Assembly: GCF_963676685.1 (NCBI RefSeq)
Contig: NC_092344.1
Span: 104,160,001-104,224,000 of the forward strand
DNA length: 64,000 nucleotides
Reading direction: 5' to 3'
From: Mytilus edulis
Lineage: Eukaryota
The notes beneath the pieces are model-generated. The model saw only the letters and a program-made list of their open reading frames with translations, was not told where the DNA came from and did no database searches. The translations under genes and the position numbers were made by a program. Of this stretch, positions 60,394-64,000 are shown one piece after another (the stretch's first letter is position 1; each line of letters begins with the position of its first letter).

Positions 60394-63078
60394 TTTTGGT
60401 GTGAGAAGTAATTTTAATACTAAGATGCAAATGTGTGTAAATATTTTTTTGGGTAAGGCCTTGTCTCATATCTATTTTGACCAAAAACTATATGTTAAAT
60501 GGCCATAATAGGCCAAATGTGTCAATATGTTTATGACATCATAGATTCATCACTAGTGACCTTTATGCACTAAAAGTGTAGCAACATGTTCAGTTATGCA
60601 TAATATTAACATAATATGGAAAGTCCTGAATCTTCAATTTTTGCAATTTTAGGGGCCAAATAATGACATTGCTCATACCTTCTCTTTTAAATCTTCTTCA
60701 AAACTCCTATTGATTTAGGTTTTCCTAGCCATTTAATTGGAACAAATGATTAAATCAGGAACACCTTTATCAGCCAATATACAATAATAAAAGGTTTGTA
60801 ATTGTCTGTGGAAACTCAATTTGTTCAAATTATTTTGGGGAAAATATGAAGGTCCAAAATTAATTATAATGATAATTTTCATAAATATTTTAAAAATAAT
60901 TATGCCCAAATAAAACTGATATTTAGAGACATACTACTGTTAAATGCCAATTAATACCACAAAAACCGCTTGAATCTAGAAATTTTAAGGAGGCTTGTGC
61001 CCCCAAAAGGTTCATTTTCTAACAATTTCAAATTTACTGTATAACAACTAAATATTGTGAGTTATTTATCTACCCCTATTAGATGTTCATATGACATTAG
61101 ACTGTTGGACAACAGTGTTTATATTTTTGAATTTTACATATTGGTATTAGGGCTGCAAACTTCTAAAAATTTATATAAAACAACAAAAACTGTCAAAATA
61201 GCCTCATTTTGTGATCTTGTAATTACTATTTAGTTCAACTTATTAACCACATAAGATGTTTTGCTGCAAAATGTCTTTTACAAGGATGTTTTAATTTGTG
61301 TAAAATATTTAATGGAGTAAAGCTGTTGCTCAAAGAAATTTTGACCTAAATCTATGCATAAAATGGCCATTTCGATCAAATACTGTAAATTCAGAAATTA
61401 TTGCGATTTTGAGAAAAATCTGGTTTGATTCATATAAAATATTTCAAAATGCAAGTTTAAATTATTGCGTTTACAACTCTGTCGCATTTTTCGCAATAAA
61501 AACCTCGCAATAATTTCTGAATTTAATACTGTACATAAATTTTAATACTTTTATACTGAAACTGCACAAAATGCTCAAATTATATTAACCTGTCCATTTA
61601 TCAATAAGTTGACATACTTTTGAAAGGCTTGAATTAATTTACTTTTTATTTTGCAATTTCAGGAGCCAAATAATGGCCCTTATCTTACTTCCCAATTTCA
61701 AACTTGGATCTTCTCTCACATGTACATAATATGTATACATCATCAAGGTAACAAAATCATGGAAATAAACTACTGCTAAGTAGACTAGAAAAGGATAAAC
61801 CAATTTAAAAGATCCACAAATGAGATGATTAACTGTAACATTTGCATTCAGAATTTGTATCTTTAAGAGGATTCATCCACATAGTGTCAGTTTGTTCTGT
61901 TAACTCTTTGTTTCATTTCATTAGTGGTTATTATTATTAGGTCCTCCATTTTCTCCAGTATTATTTAATGAGTAGTGTAGATATAAATACTCTTTGGTGG
62001 CCTTGGGCTGTTTTCTGTTCTTTGGTACCATTGTTCTCTCTTTGACACATTCCCAGTTTTCATTCTCAATTTTAAAAACAGAATTTACAGTCCTTCTATG
62101 GTTTGTATTTGACAGAGTATTTCATTTTATATGGAAACTGTCCTGGGGAAGTAATTTACAGTATCAAAATCACTCAATTATAAAACAAATTAAGAAATAT
62201 AATCTGTTGTTAATTATATATATTATCATACTCATTTTCATTACATTTGTATTTAAATTTGTTGACCAAATGTGAGAGTTGCATGTTTGTTATTCTTTTT
62301 TATTGTTAATTTATTTGAATTCAAAGATATTGATTAAATTATTTATTTTATCAGTCATATTAGTTTGATTTTTAGTTATACAACTGCCATTGTTATTGAA
62401 TATACAATATTGAAGACAAGAAATTTTGGAATACCCATTTTCCGTTTATACATTTGTAATTCCAATCAGGTCTCATCAGGACTAGTTTGTTATTACACAG
62501 AATTCATCATCATCATAAACTTTTTCTCTGTAACAGAACCAATTCCAACCAAACTTGGGTGAATGTCCTATGGTTCCTGGTATAAGTTTGAGGTTTTTTT
62601 TATTCTGGTTAGTTATCAAATGTGGTCACCATGGCTTAACAAAGAACATAGTGGTAAAATGAAGTTTTGAACTTGCATATCAAAATTTAGGCAGATGGGG
62701 CAAAAACATGGGTAAAGATAATAGCAGATCTAGATAAGATTTGTTTTTCAAAATTTTCAGATGAATCTCACAAAAAATTTAAACAGTAAAAATCCTCATC
62801 ACTTTGCAATTGCTGCAAAATAAGATCTACCTTTTAGTTTAAATAGATATAGGAAGATGTGGTATGAGTGCCAATGAAACAACTCTCCATCCAAGTAACA
62901 ATTTATAAAAGTAGACCATTATAGGTCAAGGTACAGCCTTCAACGCGGAGCCTTGGCTCAAACAGAAAACAGCAAGCTTTATTATAAAGGCCCCAAAAAT
63001 TAAGTGTAAAACCATTCAAACAGAAAACACAACTGTCTAATCTATATAACAAGAGTGCACACACTGAAATGTCTCGCC

Positions 63079-64000
63079 TTTTTAGCTCACCTGGCCCGAA
63101 GGGCCAAGTGAGCTTTTCCCATCACTTTGCGTCCGGCGTCCGGCGTCGTCCTGCGTCCGTCGTCGTCCTGCGTCGTTAACTTTTACAAAAATCTTCTCCT
63201 CTGAAACTACTCGGCCAAATTAAACCAAACTTGGCCACAATCATCATTGGGGTATCTAGTTTAAAAAATGTATCCGGTGACCCGGCCAACCAACCAAGAT
63301 GGCCGCCACGTCTAAAAATAGAACATAGGGGTTAAATGCAGTTTTTGGCTTATAACTCAAAAACCAAAGCATTTAGAGCAAATCTGACATGGGGTAAAAT
63401 TATTTATCAGGTCAAGATCTATCTGCCCTGAAATTATCAGATGAATCGGAGAACCCTTTGTTGGGTTGCTGCCCCTGAATTGGTAATTTTAAGGAAATTT
63501 TGCTGTTTTTGGTTATTATCTTGAACATTATTATAGATAGAGATAAACTGTAAACAGCAATAATGTTCAGCAAAGTAAGATTTACAAATAAGTCAACATG
63601 ACCGAAAAGGTCAGTTGACCCCTTAAGGAGTTATTGCCCTTTATCGTCAATTTTTAACCCATGTTTCGTAAATCTTAGTAATCTTTTACAAAAATCTTCT
63701 CCTCTGAAACTACTGGGCCAAATTAATCCAAACTTGGCCACAATCATCTTTGGGGTATCTAGTTTAAAAATTGTGTCCGGTGACTTGGCCTTCCAACCAA
63801 GATGGCCGCCATGGCTAAAAATAGAACATAGGGGTAAAATGCAGTTTTTGGTTTATGACTCAAAAACCAAAGCATTAAGAGCAAATCTGACATAGGGTAT
63901 ATTTGTTTATCAGGTCAAGTTCTATCTTCCCTGAAATTTTCAGATGAATCGGACAACCCGTTGTTGGGTTGTTGCCCCTAAATTGGTAATTTTAAGGAAA
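63079..64000 (+). mobile_element. HINE-like family A (runs off the window), inserted next to the inverted 3' end of a family D copy
   Basis: TTTTTAGCTCACCTGGCCCGAAGGGCCAAGTGAGC start; ~500-bp internal repeat; homologous to 2573-3464. Confidence 0.75.

Overview
AT-rich, intron-containing animal genomic DNA; the repeat families look like those of bivalve molluscs (Mytilus-like; inference). Three host genes lie on the + strand: the last three exons of CDK7 (252-3962), a single-exon 3071-aa DEAH helicase-RRM/KH-RBR ubiquitin ligase (DEAH11/12-like, 24296-33511), and an 11-coding-exon PPM1H-like PP2C phosphatase (45568-57985). Mobile DNA includes a young Ngaro-type tyrosine-recombinase retrotransposon (~11758-17960; gag, RT/RNase H, YR and SGNH hydrolase all open; split direct repeats), a near-full-length decayed CR1 LINE (- strand), a miniature LTR element with tRNA-like LTRs (TRIM/Helenus-like), several Helentron-associated (HINE-like) elements, many MITEs and pure palindromes, and three minisatellites. 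The most notable signals are in the Ngaro element: four covarying stem-loops with one conserved apical motif in the 3' UTR; phase-1 splice acceptors in front of every downstream ORF, matched by phase-1 donors in gag; and a PAM2-like motif at the RT N-terminus. All calls were made by eye; no searches were run.
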